From Candidatus Latescibacterota bacterium (GTDB taxonomy: Bacteria > Latescibacterota > UBA2968 > UBA8231): a stretch of 64,000 bases of DNA. Numbering within the stretch: position 1 is the first letter of the stretch; every line of letters starts with the position of its first letter. Under the pieces are notes generated by a model. It worked only from the letters and a program-made list of their open reading frames with translations. It was not told the origin of the DNA and ran no database searches. The stretch covers positions 3,392,001-3,456,000 of the forward strand of contig CBDETK010000013.1 in the NCBI GenBank assembly GCA_965242865.1, read 5' to 3'. The translations under genes and the position numbers were made by a program. Shown piece after piece: positions 40,424 to 49,050 of the stretch.

Positions 40424-43400
40424 TTACGTCAATAGTTGCTTTACCAACGTCTCTACTTGCTTACCTTCGCCCGATTGGGCGAGCCACCCGCGCAATTCGC
40501 GGCGGGCTACGGTCGTGCTGACCGTATCGCCGCGTTGCTTGTATAGGTTTTGCAACTGCTGCGCGGCCTCGCTTGCCGCCGCTTGGCCGGCGGTCGCAAT
40601 GTTCTGATGCAAACGGTTCGCTGCATCGTATTCCGGTATCGACAATTTCCACAGGTGCTTTTGCAAATGGCGCGCTCCAAACTGCCCCTTGGCCATCAAC
40701 GGTTTCGCCGTTTCATACAGGGTGCGGCTATTGATGATGGCGAGTACGTAATGGGCCTCTTGAAGGTCCTTGCAAGGTGCCCAGAATAACGTGTAGTCAA
40801 TTATAGCATCATGGGTATCTATAATCGCAGCCGTAGGTTGTCCTGAAGCAGTGTACACCACGCGAATGGGAACGCCCTTGTCATTCTTTCGCCATTCGAG
40901 TTGCGCCGAGAGTTTGCCATGATAGTCCAACCACTGTAGCAAGTTCTTGGGGTTGTTAGCCCCCTTATTCTGTTCCCATAGCATACTGACCTGCTGCCAC
41001 CGTCCCCGCATCCGCTGTTCCAACCCACCGAGATGAATGCCTCCCGTTCCATTAGCGTCCACAGGCAGTTCAGCGTCGTTTCGTTTTAAGGGCAAAAGGG
41101 CTTTCAGCGGTGTCAATGTCGCGTAGGGAACGACCGTCTCTCCCAAGTGAACGTCAAACAAGTGTGCTTTCTCTATGGTCTGCCCGGTGATGGCGGTCAG
41201 ATCGAGAGCCTTCCACGGTGCTTTGTCATTGCTACCTCGGCGCGGCTCCACCTTAACGGTTTGCGCGGCGCGAACAAGAGTGGTGCTCTCGACCTCATGT
41301 ACAAAGAAAAGACAGCGCGGCACAATGGAAGCTCCCTGCCGAAAGCGGTCCGCATAAGGCGATGTTCCACTGAGCGACGTGTCGGTAATAGCGATTTGCT
41401 CCCGCCGCACATCCTCCGCTCCGGTCGTCCCCTGCCATTGCTCAACCTCGTCGCTCAAGGGCGTCGCTTTGCCATTTTCACCCATCCACTCGGCAAACGC
41501 GACACAAGACGCAACCGGAAAAAACGTGTTGGGGTCGAGTTTTTCCAGATCCCACGCCGGTTTATAGCCAAAATTCACCGCCAAATCGCCCCATTGTCCC
41601 GTGCGCCACTTGGCGTACTGCCCAGTTTGCAGCGCACTGTGCGGCAACACCATGGCGATGACGCCGCCAATTCTCAGGTAGAGCGCGACGCTACGGGCAA
41701 AGAAAAGCCCGGCGACATCTTGATGCGTTGCGTAGCGACCTCCCTGCCAGATGTGATATAGCTCCTTGCTCTGCTGCACCAGCTTATCGCGCAACACGCT
41801 AGCGGTATTGCGATAATTCAGCCACGGCGGGTTGCCGACAATCACATCGACCTTGCGGCGGCTCAACGCCACCGGACGAACCAAGTTGCGCGTGTAATAC
41901 GCCCAGATGTGATTGCGCCCTTCGGCGTGTAAATCCTGCATGATCCCAATCGTCGTCGTTAACGTCTGTCGCTGGGCCGGGTCCATAATCCCATGATCGT
42001 CCAACGCAACGAGTGGATCATGGCCGCGCTCAATCGCATCGGCAATGTCGCTCATCAGCCGGTCAAACGTGTCGGCTTGCTCCACCAAGCGAATCGGGAA
42101 AATCAGCTTTTTGTCGAACTCATCGCCTTCCACCTCAATGCCTATATCGCCGCTGATAAACAAGTCGCCGGTTTGGTAGTGCAACTGCAAGGCGTCTCCC
42201 AAATACACGGGTATCGCTACGTTTCCCGCATACCCAGCGTTGGTAGCCGCTTCGAGGAGGGGCCGCGCGGCCATCACCCAAGCCGTGCGAGCGAGCCGCA
42301 CCGCCACCGGATGCACGTCAATACCCATCACCGCCTCGCGCAGCCGCTTCAATGCCTCTTTGGGATCCAGCGCCGCTTCTGTGGCCGCTTCGACAAAGTG
42401 GCGCACCGCCACGGCGACAAACGTGCCAGAGCCACAAGACGGGTCGAGAACCCGCTGGCCGAGCGGGTCTGTCACCACCTCCTGCACCATCGCCTGCGCC
42501 AGCCATTCCGGGGTATAATACTCGCCCAACTGGCGGCGTTCATCGGGCGGAATAATCGCTTCATACAAGGTTGCGGCGATGTCGGCCGGGGCTTCCTGCC
42601 AGTTAAAGCGGGCGACGTGCTCAGCCATCCGCGCAACGAGCCGCTCCCCACCCACTTCGGCCGGCCATGCAAAAAAATCGGACTCAATAATGTCTTGCAG
42701 GCCGGTGTCGTCGCGGAACTGCCGGCCGTAGAGCAAATCCGTTGGATCATTAGCGGCTCGTTCCCGAATATCGATGCCAAAGTACGCCTGTACCACCATG
42801 CCGATAACCATGCTCAGGTACGTGTGCCGGACAAACAGATCGTCTAGCTCGTCGGGCGTCCGAGCGATCTCGCCCAACGCCGCACGCAACAAGGTTTCCC
42901 ACAGACGGCACTTGACGCGGACGGTTTCGCGGTCTTTCGCCCCTTGGTAGAGCACGTTAAGGGCGTCAATATCCCGCCGATACAACGGGCTGTTCGGCCC
43001 AAAATTCTGCTCGACCTCAGTGCGCCGCGCTGGAATGTCGTCCTGCGTACCGATGACCTTGTCGCGCAGCCACTCGTACAAAAGCAGCCAGTCAGCCGCC
43101 GATTCTAGGGTAAAGCAATATGGCTTAGTCGCTTTGACCTCGCCGGCATTCGGCCAGCGCAGGAGCCAGTACCGCCCGTCTGTGAGAACGCCCATCCGCG
43201 CGCTCCGCTCATACGTCATGGATTCCGCCAAGTATTTATCCAACTGCTTCACATAGATTTCATTGGGACTAAAGCCGCCGGTCGTGCTGATGCGCTTCTT
43301 GATTTCGATAAACGTGTTGGACGCCTTCAAATCCACAGCGCGCACCGAGTGGCCCGATGGCGACACTTCCTCGGCGACTTCGTTTGCATCAACCAATCCC

Positions 43401-43531
43401 GTGCAGAGCAAAAAGTCCCGCACCGCACTCGTGATATTCGCCTCGGGTTCATTGTTGTCGTGCCGTTGCAGAATCGCCGCCGCTGCGTTCTCGTATCTCG
43501 GATCGTTGTAATCTAGTTGAGGCATAGTCAA
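40424..43531 (-). CDS. Type IIG-like fused restriction endonuclease-methyltransferase
   Basis: N-terminal VDL..FIEIK nuclease and LTDG motif; GEYYTP, LDPSCGSGTF (motif I), GNPPW (motif IV); long C-terminal TRD. Confidence 0.88.
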   Translation of the reverse strand: MTMPQLDYNDPRYENAAAAILQRHDNNEPEANITSAVRDFLLCTGLVDANEVAEEVSPSGHSVRAVDLKASNTFIEIKKRISTTGGFSPNEIYVKQLDKYLAESMTYERSARMGVLTDGRYWLLRWPNAGEVKATKPYCFTLESAADWLLLYEWLRDKVIGTQDDIPARRTEVEQNFGPNSPLYRRDIDALNVLYQGAKDRETVRVKCRLWETLLRAALGEIARTPDELDDLFVRHTYLSMVIGMVVQAYFGIDIRERAANDPTDLLYGRQFRDDTGLQDIIESDFFAWPAEVGGERLVARMAEHVARFNWQEAPADIAATLYEAIIPPDERRQLGEYYTPEWLAQAMVQEVVTDPLGQRVLDPSCGSGTFVAVAVRHFVEAATEAALDPKEALKRLREAVMGIDVHPVAVRLARTAWVMAARPLLEAATNAGYAGNVAIPVYLGDALQLHYQTGDLFISGDIGIEVEGDEFDKKLIFPIRLVEQADTFDRLMSDIADAIERGHDPLVALDDHGIMDPAQRQTLTTTIGIMQDLHAEGRNHIWAYYTRNLVRPVALSRRKVDVIVGNPPWLNYRNTASVLRDKLVQQSKELYHIWQGGRYATHQDVAGLFFARSVALYLRIGGVIAMVLPHSALQTGQYAKWRTGQWGDLAVNFGYKPAWDLEKLDPNTFFPVASCVAFAEWMGENGKATPLSDEVEQWQGTTGAEDVRREQIAITDTSLSGTSPYADRFRQGASIVPRCLFFVHEVESTTLVRAAQTVKVEPRRGSNDKAPWKALDLTAITGQTIEKAHLFDVHLGETVVPYATLTPLKALLPLKRNDAELPVDANGTGGIHLGGLEQRMRGRWQQVSMLWEQNKGANNPKNLLQWLDYHGKLSAQLEWRKNDKGVPIRVVYTASGQPTAAIIDTHDAIIDYTLFWAPCKDLQEAHYVLAIINSRTLYETAKPLMAKGQFGARHLQKHLWKLSIPEYDAANRLHQNIATAGQAAASEAAQQLQNLYKQRGDTVSTTVARRELRGWLAQSGEGKQVETLVKQLLT

Positions 43532-43540
43532 CCGCCGCCC

Positions 43541-43897
43541 CTAAAGGCTGCTTTTGCGAAATACCGCCGCCCGCTCGGCGTCCACGATTTCAGCGATCTG
43601 CTCCATCATCTCCACGTCATGCTCGTCGTACGATCCCTTTCCAAGTCGCACGCTTAGTTCTTGCCAAGCCTGCTGTTGCTCTCCTAGCTCATCTCGAAGG
43701 ATCAAGCGCAGGAATGCAGTCGAGAGATCGCGGTGCTCTTCGCTAGCCGCTACTTCCAACATCTTGGAGACCTTTTCGACCGCTGACGAGGGTGAGTCGC
43801 CCCGTGCGAGCTTGATCTGCATCAAGGCCTCATCTAAAAGCTCGGCGAGGTAGCTGATCGTGTTGTAGTAGCCCGATTGTAAACTTCGGTCGCTCAT
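43541..43897 (-). CDS. Hypothetical all-helical protein
   Basis: 118-aa ORF with SD AAGGAG, 9 bp upstream of the type IIG gene. Confidence 0.7.
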   Translation of the reverse strand: MSDRSLQSGYYNTISYLAELLDEALMQIKLARGDSPSSAVEKVSKMLEVAASEEHRDLSTAFLRLILRDELGEQQQAWQELSVRLGKGSYDEHDVEMMEQIAEIVDAERAAVFRKSSL

Positions 43898-43926
43898 AAA
43901 ATCTCCTTGGGAGGCTATCGCCTTTA

Positions 43927-44540
43927 GAAAGCTGTCTTAAAATCCGTTTTTCTTTCGATCAGCCTTGAAAGGACATACCCATGAATCGACCTTTAGGTTT
44001 CACCACAAAGCCTGAAAGGTGCGATATAATGAGTATGTCCCTCAATGAATATGCAATGGATTGGAAGGATGGACAATGACCGTTGCGGTCTCCCCTGCTG
44101 CTGGCTCGTGTTTGGCATCGGGGAGGCCAAGTCGTCCGTCATGCGATGTCCGCTTGATGGTCCATGGCCTTATGTACCGGGCTAAAACCGGCCGTGGCGG
44201 CTTTTGCCAGCCTCGTTTGGCTGTTGGAAGACGGGGTATGGTTACTTCAACCGTTGGCGACAACAAGGGCATTGGGAGCGGATATTGTATGCACTGATCC
44301 AGTAGGATTGAACCGACCCAGGCCGCCTTGCCACTCCGTCGGCGGGCATCGTGGATGCACAGAGTGTCAAAACGGCAATCCAAGGAAAAACCACTGGATA
44401 CGATAAAAAAAGATCAAGGGACGCAAACGGCATCTGCTAGTGGATACCCACGCCCCCCCCCTTGCATGTGTGGTAACCTTCGCATCGACCGCACCGACGT
44501 CGGGGGCCGACAGCTTGAAGGCCCTGTTGAGAAGCATTCT
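43927..44540 (+). mobile_element. IS5-family transposase pseudogene (3'-truncated)
   Basis: Left end GAAAGCTGTCTTAAAA; ATG 44029; across frames LMYRAKTG, WRLLPASFG.W...YGYFNRW, SAGIVDAQSVK, KIKGRKRHLLVDT. Confidence 0.85.
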
Positions 44541-44567
44541 TAAAATACAGCAACTGATGAATGTCGC

Positions 44568-44972
44568 CTATCGCCCGGCTATCCGTCTGATCCACTTGGG
44601 AACGAACCGCCAGAGGGACTTCCGTGCTTCGCCAAATTGCTGCGCTTTTTGGAAGCGGTCACGGGCTCGACCCTTCTCGATTTCGTCTTTGGAAAGGCGT
44701 CGAGCCCACCTCACTTGGTTACGATGAATCCAGTAATGAGATTGACAGTCGAAGTTCCAGTTTCCTATTGATGGATAGAGAGAAACGGACTTGCCATCGA
44801 ATGTCATTTGCCAGTCGGTTGGGTCCAGCGGCGTGACGACCTCACTCCCACATCCGCAGCAGCACCTATGTACAGCCGTAGCGAAGGGTATTGACACGTA
44901 CAATACTCCATCATCCAAGACATCTGGGATGTAGTCAACGAATTCGTGCTCAAGCGAGTTGACGCGAGTCAC
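44568..44972 (-). CDS. DUF6527-family Cys/His-rich protein
   Basis: FVDYIP..LDDGVLYVS, HRCCCGCGSEVVTPL, SLYPSIGNW, CQSHYWI. Confidence 0.85.
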   Translation of the reverse strand: MTRVNSLEHEFVDYIPDVLDDGVLYVSIPFATAVHRCCCGCGSEVVTPLDPTDWQMTFDGKSVSLYPSIGNWNFDCQSHYWIHRNQVRWARRLSKDEIEKGRARDRFQKAQQFGEARKSLWRFVPKWIRRIAGR

Positions 44973-46141
44973 GCTTGGTCCTGGTTGATCAGATTATTCC
45001 CGTCGATCTGGTAGTAACTCTCATTCTCTTTCTCAATATCGACGTAGAACCCGAGAAGTTTCTTCCACTTAATCACGGCTAGGGCCGCATTCAGTGCGTT
45101 AAGTTCAGCAATCTGGATGTTGCGTGAGTAGTCGTCTTCGCCATCGCCATCTGAAAGCGGGAGTGTTGAGTGGACATGGCCTCGTGCCTGCTCCGTACTC
45201 ACGGTTACTCTCAACTGGCCGAACAGCGAACCGTCAGTTTCGTCCACACCCATCCCCACATCGATGAATGGTACGCCGAACTCTTCCAGTTTCTCTACTA
45301 CAAGTTTCCTACTGTGCCCTTTGTCGACTGCTATGAACACGAAGTCCATTTGACGCAGGACATCAACCGTCGATTCATCGATATATTCGTGGACGGAGAT
45401 GTTACGCCGTATCTCAGAATAGATGTTTCCGAAATAGGCTGCTTTCAGCGGTGCGGTCTCCAGCGTCTCGACGGACGGCGCACCCGGCGAGCGGAACGCG
45501 TTATGCTGCCCAAACCTGTCACCGTCGAACAAGTGGATCTCCCTCACCGGGGTTTTTGCTACCAAGTCGAGTATGTATGAGCCAGTGCCACCCAGCCCAA
45601 CGATGGCGACTGCACCGACTTCTAGTTTTTCTGTGACAGCACCAATGCCAGCACGGCTTGATGCCGTATCGATGTACCTGAAGATCGAATCTTCATCCTG
45701 AGCTTCAGAGACGGCAAAGGTCCGAGCAGTGACGTTCGGGTCGATCGACTGGGCCGGCTCAGAAATAATGCCCTCGTAAGTGGTCATCTTGTCGTAGTAA
45801 TCAGAGTAGCCTCCCGATGGTTTACTCGAAAATTCGTGGTCGACTACCAATCCGGCTCCTAACTCCTGGCGTCCACTGGAAAGATGAATCTTTGTGAGTG
45901 GACGGCCTTCTTGGTTGCAAGGCATATCTCCAGTGAACATCACAACATGAGAGTCCGGCCTCACTGTGACATCACCTGCCAGAGTCAACTTTGAAACCAG
46001 AGTGCCGTACTTGATGATCCTACTTTCCGTAACGTACGGGATGTGCTTTAGAAGGAGATGGAGGGACCGCACCTCAACTTCGTAGCCATCGTCTTGGAGC
46101 CGCTTGAGGTCAGGGCTACGACTTATCAGTTGGTGTGACAT
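44969..46141 (-). CDS. DUF6791 (E2-like) - ThiF/E1-like adenylyltransferase fusion
   Basis: N-terminal DLKRLQDDGYEV..HIPYV, FSSKP, YYDKMTTY; ThiF motifs IVGLGGTGS, FDGD, HNAFR, AVD, FIDVGMG. Confidence 0.88.
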   Translation of the reverse strand: MSHQLISRSPDLKRLQDDGYEVEVRSLHLLLKHIPYVTESRIIKYGTLVSKLTLAGDVTVRPDSHVVMFTGDMPCNQEGRPLTKIHLSSGRQELGAGLVVDHEFSSKPSGGYSDYYDKMTTYEGIISEPAQSIDPNVTARTFAVSEAQDEDSIFRYIDTASSRAGIGAVTEKLEVGAVAIVGLGGTGSYILDLVAKTPVREIHLFDGDRFGQHNAFRSPGAPSVETLETAPLKAAYFGNIYSEIRRNISVHEYIDESTVDVLRQMDFVFIAVDKGHSRKLVVEKLEEFGVPFIDVGMGVDETDGSLFGQLRVTVSTEQARGHVHSTLPLSDGDGEDDYSRNIQIAELNALNAALAVIKWKKLLGFYVDIEKENESYYQIDGNNLINQDQA

Positions 46142-46382
46142 TGAATATCGTCCCGTCTTGGACTTTCACGCTCTCGCCCGCTTTGAGTCTTCCTTCTAGT
46201 GGCCGCCCTGCACCGTTCCTGTAGGTGACAGTTATGATGATATCTGGGCCCGAGGGAGGTGGGTCAAAAGCGATCCTCACCACCTGATCGAAGGAGAGTT
46301 CGTCATTAAGGGAGAGTTCGCTTGACGTGACGGTTTTCTCTCGTCCGTTCACGATTATCGTGATGGTACTCTTGTCTGTCAT
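46116..46382 (-). CDS. Multi-ubiquitin-domain (beta-grasp) protein, single domain, 88 aa
   Basis: IIVNGREKTV, LSFDQVV, TVTY, GESVKVQDGTIFNV, ends TDKS; SD AAGGAG. Confidence 0.85.
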   Translation of the reverse strand: MTDKSTITIIVNGREKTVTSSELSLNDELSFDQVVRIAFDPPPSGPDIIITVTYRNGAGRPLEGRLKAGESVKVQDGTIFNVTPTDKS

Positions 46383-46420
46383 CGTCAGACTCCTTTCGAT
46401 TGTTTCACAAGATGTTGACA

Positions 46421-46486
46421 GTACCAACTCCGGTACGTTTATATAGGATAACCTATTGCCCACCTCTTGTCAATAGATGGTACAAT
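46421..46486. promoter_or_regulatory. Overlapping divergent promoters between the Ubl operon and HTH-ImmA genes
   Basis: Minus: TTGACA (46473-46468) - 17 bp - TATCCT (46450-46445); plus: extended -10 TGGTACAAT (46478-46486); palindrome GTACC-N6-GGTAC at 46421-46436. Confidence 0.6.
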
Positions 46487-46513
46487 GTTTCGTTTCTAAT
46501 ACAGGAGAAGGAC

Positions 46514-46984
46514 ATGAACAGAGGCAAACTTGAGCTCAGCGACCTAGGACGCCTTGTCTTGGACGAGCGGAATCGGCGAGGGATGAGTCTCCGTGAAGCG
46601 GCATCTGAAACCGGAATCCCCTTCAACACCTTGGCGCGCGTCGAGAAGGGGCATGTCCCCGACCTTCCTAAGTTCAAGAGACTCGTTGAGTGGTGTGGGG
46701 CCGACATCAAGCAATTCTTTGAACTCCAAGAAAAGGTGGCGGCTACCACGGACCTGATTGCAGAGCATCTTCAGGCCGACCGCAACCTCCCTCCTGAAGC
46801 AGCCGAACAGATAGCAGGTATCGTCCGAGAGCTCTATCAGGTGCTGGTACGCCCCCAAGAAGTCTGTGCGGCACATCTGCGAGCCGCGAAGACATTCCGG
46901 CCAGACGCGGCTCGCGCTCTAGGGACGCTGCTCAACGATCTGAATAAAGCACTGATAGAGGAAATCACTGATGGCCCTGCGTAG
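46514..46984 (+). CDS. XRE-family HTH transcriptional regulator
   Basis: MSLREAASETGIPFNTLARVEKGHVPD; SD AGGAG; ATG 46514. Confidence 0.88.
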   Translation: MNRGKLELSDLGRLVLDERNRRGMSLREAASETGIPFNTLARVEKGHVPDLPKFKRLVEWCGADIKQFFELQEKVAATTDLIAEHLQADRNLPPEAAEQIAGIVRELYQVLVRPQEVCAAHLRAAKTFRPDAARALGTLLNDLNKALIEEITDGPA

Positions 46985-47549
46985 AGGGTTTAAGTCCGAA
47001 GCCGAGGAAATCGCGAAACGCGTACGAGCAGAACTTGGAATGAGTGCCGCTCAGTCGGTCGCACCAGAAGTGCTCGCCGAGCTACTAGGCATTGAGATCC
47101 GAGCGGGAGACGAGTTGATCGCACGCGAAAGATTCGTCGAACTCAAACAGATTCAGCACGATGCCTTCTCGGCGTGTACGTTTCGGCCTTCGGCTGATCG
47201 TGTGGTCGTTGTATACAACCCTCTTTCCGCCAAGTCGCGCCGAAGGAGCGATCTAGCGCATGAGATTGCACATATCCTTCTTGACCACGAATTAAGCCGG
47301 ATTGAAACGCTTGGTGATGTTACGTTCCTCTCGTGTGATGCGATTCAGGAGGAAGAAGCTGTCTGGCTGTCCGGCTGCCTCCTCCTACCCCGGGCATTGC
47401 TCTTGGCGGAAGTCCGTAGGGGGTCAAACGAGAAAGAAATCGCAAGGAAATGTGGAGTTAGCGAAAACATGGCTCGGTACAGGTTGAACGTCACTGGCGT
47501 GGTCAAACAGAATCAGGCATTCCTGAAGAAGAGCCGCTCCCCACGATAG
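46971..47549 (+). CDS. ImmA/IrrE-family metallopeptidase
   Basis: RRGFKSEAE, RRRSDLAHEIAH (HExxH), QEEEA..LSGCLLLP. Confidence 0.92.
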   Translation: MALRRGFKSEAEEIAKRVRAELGMSAAQSVAPEVLAELLGIEIRAGDELIARERFVELKQIQHDAFSACTFRPSADRVVVVYNPLSAKSRRRSDLAHEIAHILLDHELSRIETLGDVTFLSCDAIQEEEAVWLSGCLLLPRALLLAEVRRGSNEKEIARKCGVSENMARYRLNVTGVVKQNQAFLKKSRSPR

Positions 47550-47718
47550 CGAGGTGTCGGTGGAGACCCCTCGGTGCTTAGAGCGCAGCGTAGGAATGTT
47601 CCTATAGCCGGCCTCGTTCCTCGGTTGCGAACCAACTCCACCAAGGCGGCCCGCCGATGCTTTCTATCCCAAGCTGCGTCCGGTCATCAGCTTCCAAGTT
47701 GCGCGGCAAGGTCATGGA

Positions 47719-47753
47719 GGTACAAATTTCAAGTGTAATTTGAAATCTGTACC
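47719..47753. promoter_or_regulatory. 14-bp-arm inverted repeat, candidate operator of the AAA_14 gene
   Basis: GGTACAAATTTCAA-N7-TTGAAATCTGTACC, one mismatch. Confidence 0.6.
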
Positions 47754-47790
47754 AATTCTTTTATCTTGTCCCCAAGTGGCATCGACGCGA

Positions 47791-48966
47791 ATGGAGCCTA
47801 AAACCGTGATTTTGCGACAAATCGTCCGAGAATTGGCCGCGACGGCAGCCGAATTTCCCGTGGTGACCATCATCGGCCCGCGGCAAGCGGGAAAAACCAC
47901 GTTGGCGCGGATGCAGTTTCCCAACCACGCGTACGCGAACCTCGAAGCACCCGAGGTGCGCCGGCTGGCGGTAAGCGATCCCCACGCTTTCTTCTCGCAA
48001 TTTCCCCCGCCCGTTATCATCGACGAAATTCAGCGCGTACCCGAGCTGCTCTCAACCATCCAAGTCCTCGCGGACAGCAGCCGGCAACGCGGGCAATACA
48101 TTCTCACCGGCAGCCACCAATTGCGTCTGCAAGAAGCCGTTGCCCAATCCCTCGCCGGACGCACGGCTCTCTTGCGCCTGCTGCCCTTGTCGATAGCAGA
48201 ACTCAAAGCAGCCCGCATCACCCACACGCGCGACGAATTGATCTATCAGGGCTTTATGCCGCGCCTGTACAGCGAAAAAGTCAATCCGACGCGCCTGTAC
48301 CGAAATTACTGTCAAACCTATATCGAGCGCGACATTAGGCAAATGATCCACCTCAGGAGCCTGACCGACTTTGAGCACTTCACGCGCCTGCTCGCCGGAC
48401 GCGTCGGTCAGGTTTTGAATCTGAGTTCGCTGGCCAACGACGTGGGGGTGTCGAGCACCACGCTCAAAGAATGGCTCTCGGTGCTCGAAGCGTCGCACAC
48501 CATTTTTAGGTTGAAGCCCTATTTTGAAAACTTTGGCAAACGCATCGTCAAATCGCCAAAAATCTATTTTACCGAGGTCGGGCTGGCGTCCTACTTGCTC
48601 GGCATTGAATCGCCCGCGCTGGCGGCCCGCGATCCCCTGATCGGCAATCTCTTTGAAAACATGGTCGTCATCGAAGCCTTGAAAGCCAGACTCAACGCAG
48701 GAAAAGAGCCTGAACTCTACTTTTACCGCGACAACAAAGGCCACGAAGTGGATCTGTTGTTCCGGCAAAACAGGCAGTTAATCCCCATTGAAATCAAATC
48801 GGCCATGACGTTTAATCCAGAATTTGCCCAAGGAATCGCCCAGTTCCAGAAAATCGCGTCCTCCACGCAGCAAGGCTACGTCCTTTACGCCGGCCAGCTC
48901 ACCCCGGAACTGTCCCATGCCAGCGTGCGGCATTTTACCGACGTGGATACCATCTTTCCCCGCTGA
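47791..48966 (+). CDS. AAA_14 ATPase with DUF4143 (PD-(D/E)XK-like) domain
   Basis: GPRQAGKTT, IDEIQR, LTGS, SLAGR, YIERD, KSPKIY, LFEN, EVD, IEIKS. Confidence 0.9.
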   Translation: MEPKTVILRQIVRELAATAAEFPVVTIIGPRQAGKTTLARMQFPNHAYANLEAPEVRRLAVSDPHAFFSQFPPPVIIDEIQRVPELLSTIQVLADSSRQRGQYILTGSHQLRLQEAVAQSLAGRTALLRLLPLSIAELKAARITHTRDELIYQGFMPRLYSEKVNPTRLYRNYCQTYIERDIRQMIHLRSLTDFEHFTRLLAGRVGQVLNLSSLANDVGVSSTTLKEWLSVLEASHTIFRLKPYFENFGKRIVKSPKIYFTEVGLASYLLGIESPALAARDPLIGNLFENMVVIEALKARLNAGKEPELYFYRDNKGHEVDLLFRQNRQLIPIEIKSAMTFNPEFAQGIAQFQKIASSTQQGYVLYAGQLTPELSHASVRHFTDVDTIFPR

Positions 48967-49050
48967 CGCCGCCTTGCCCCATCCCAACGGCTTCGCTATT
49001 CTCATCTTTGCCCCGCTCGTTTTCGTCACCTTGCCTCAGGAAGCCAAGCC

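Noticed and set aside
44042-44727. Several short ORFs, one with a CPCC motif
   Set aside because: Explained as alternative frames of the IS5 transposase pseudogene
44568-47549. CBASS, Bil or thiamine/molybdopterin sulfur-carrier assignment for the ThiF locus
   Set aside because: No CD-NTase, JAB peptidase or thi/moa genes, and the Ubl lacks a Gly-Gly end
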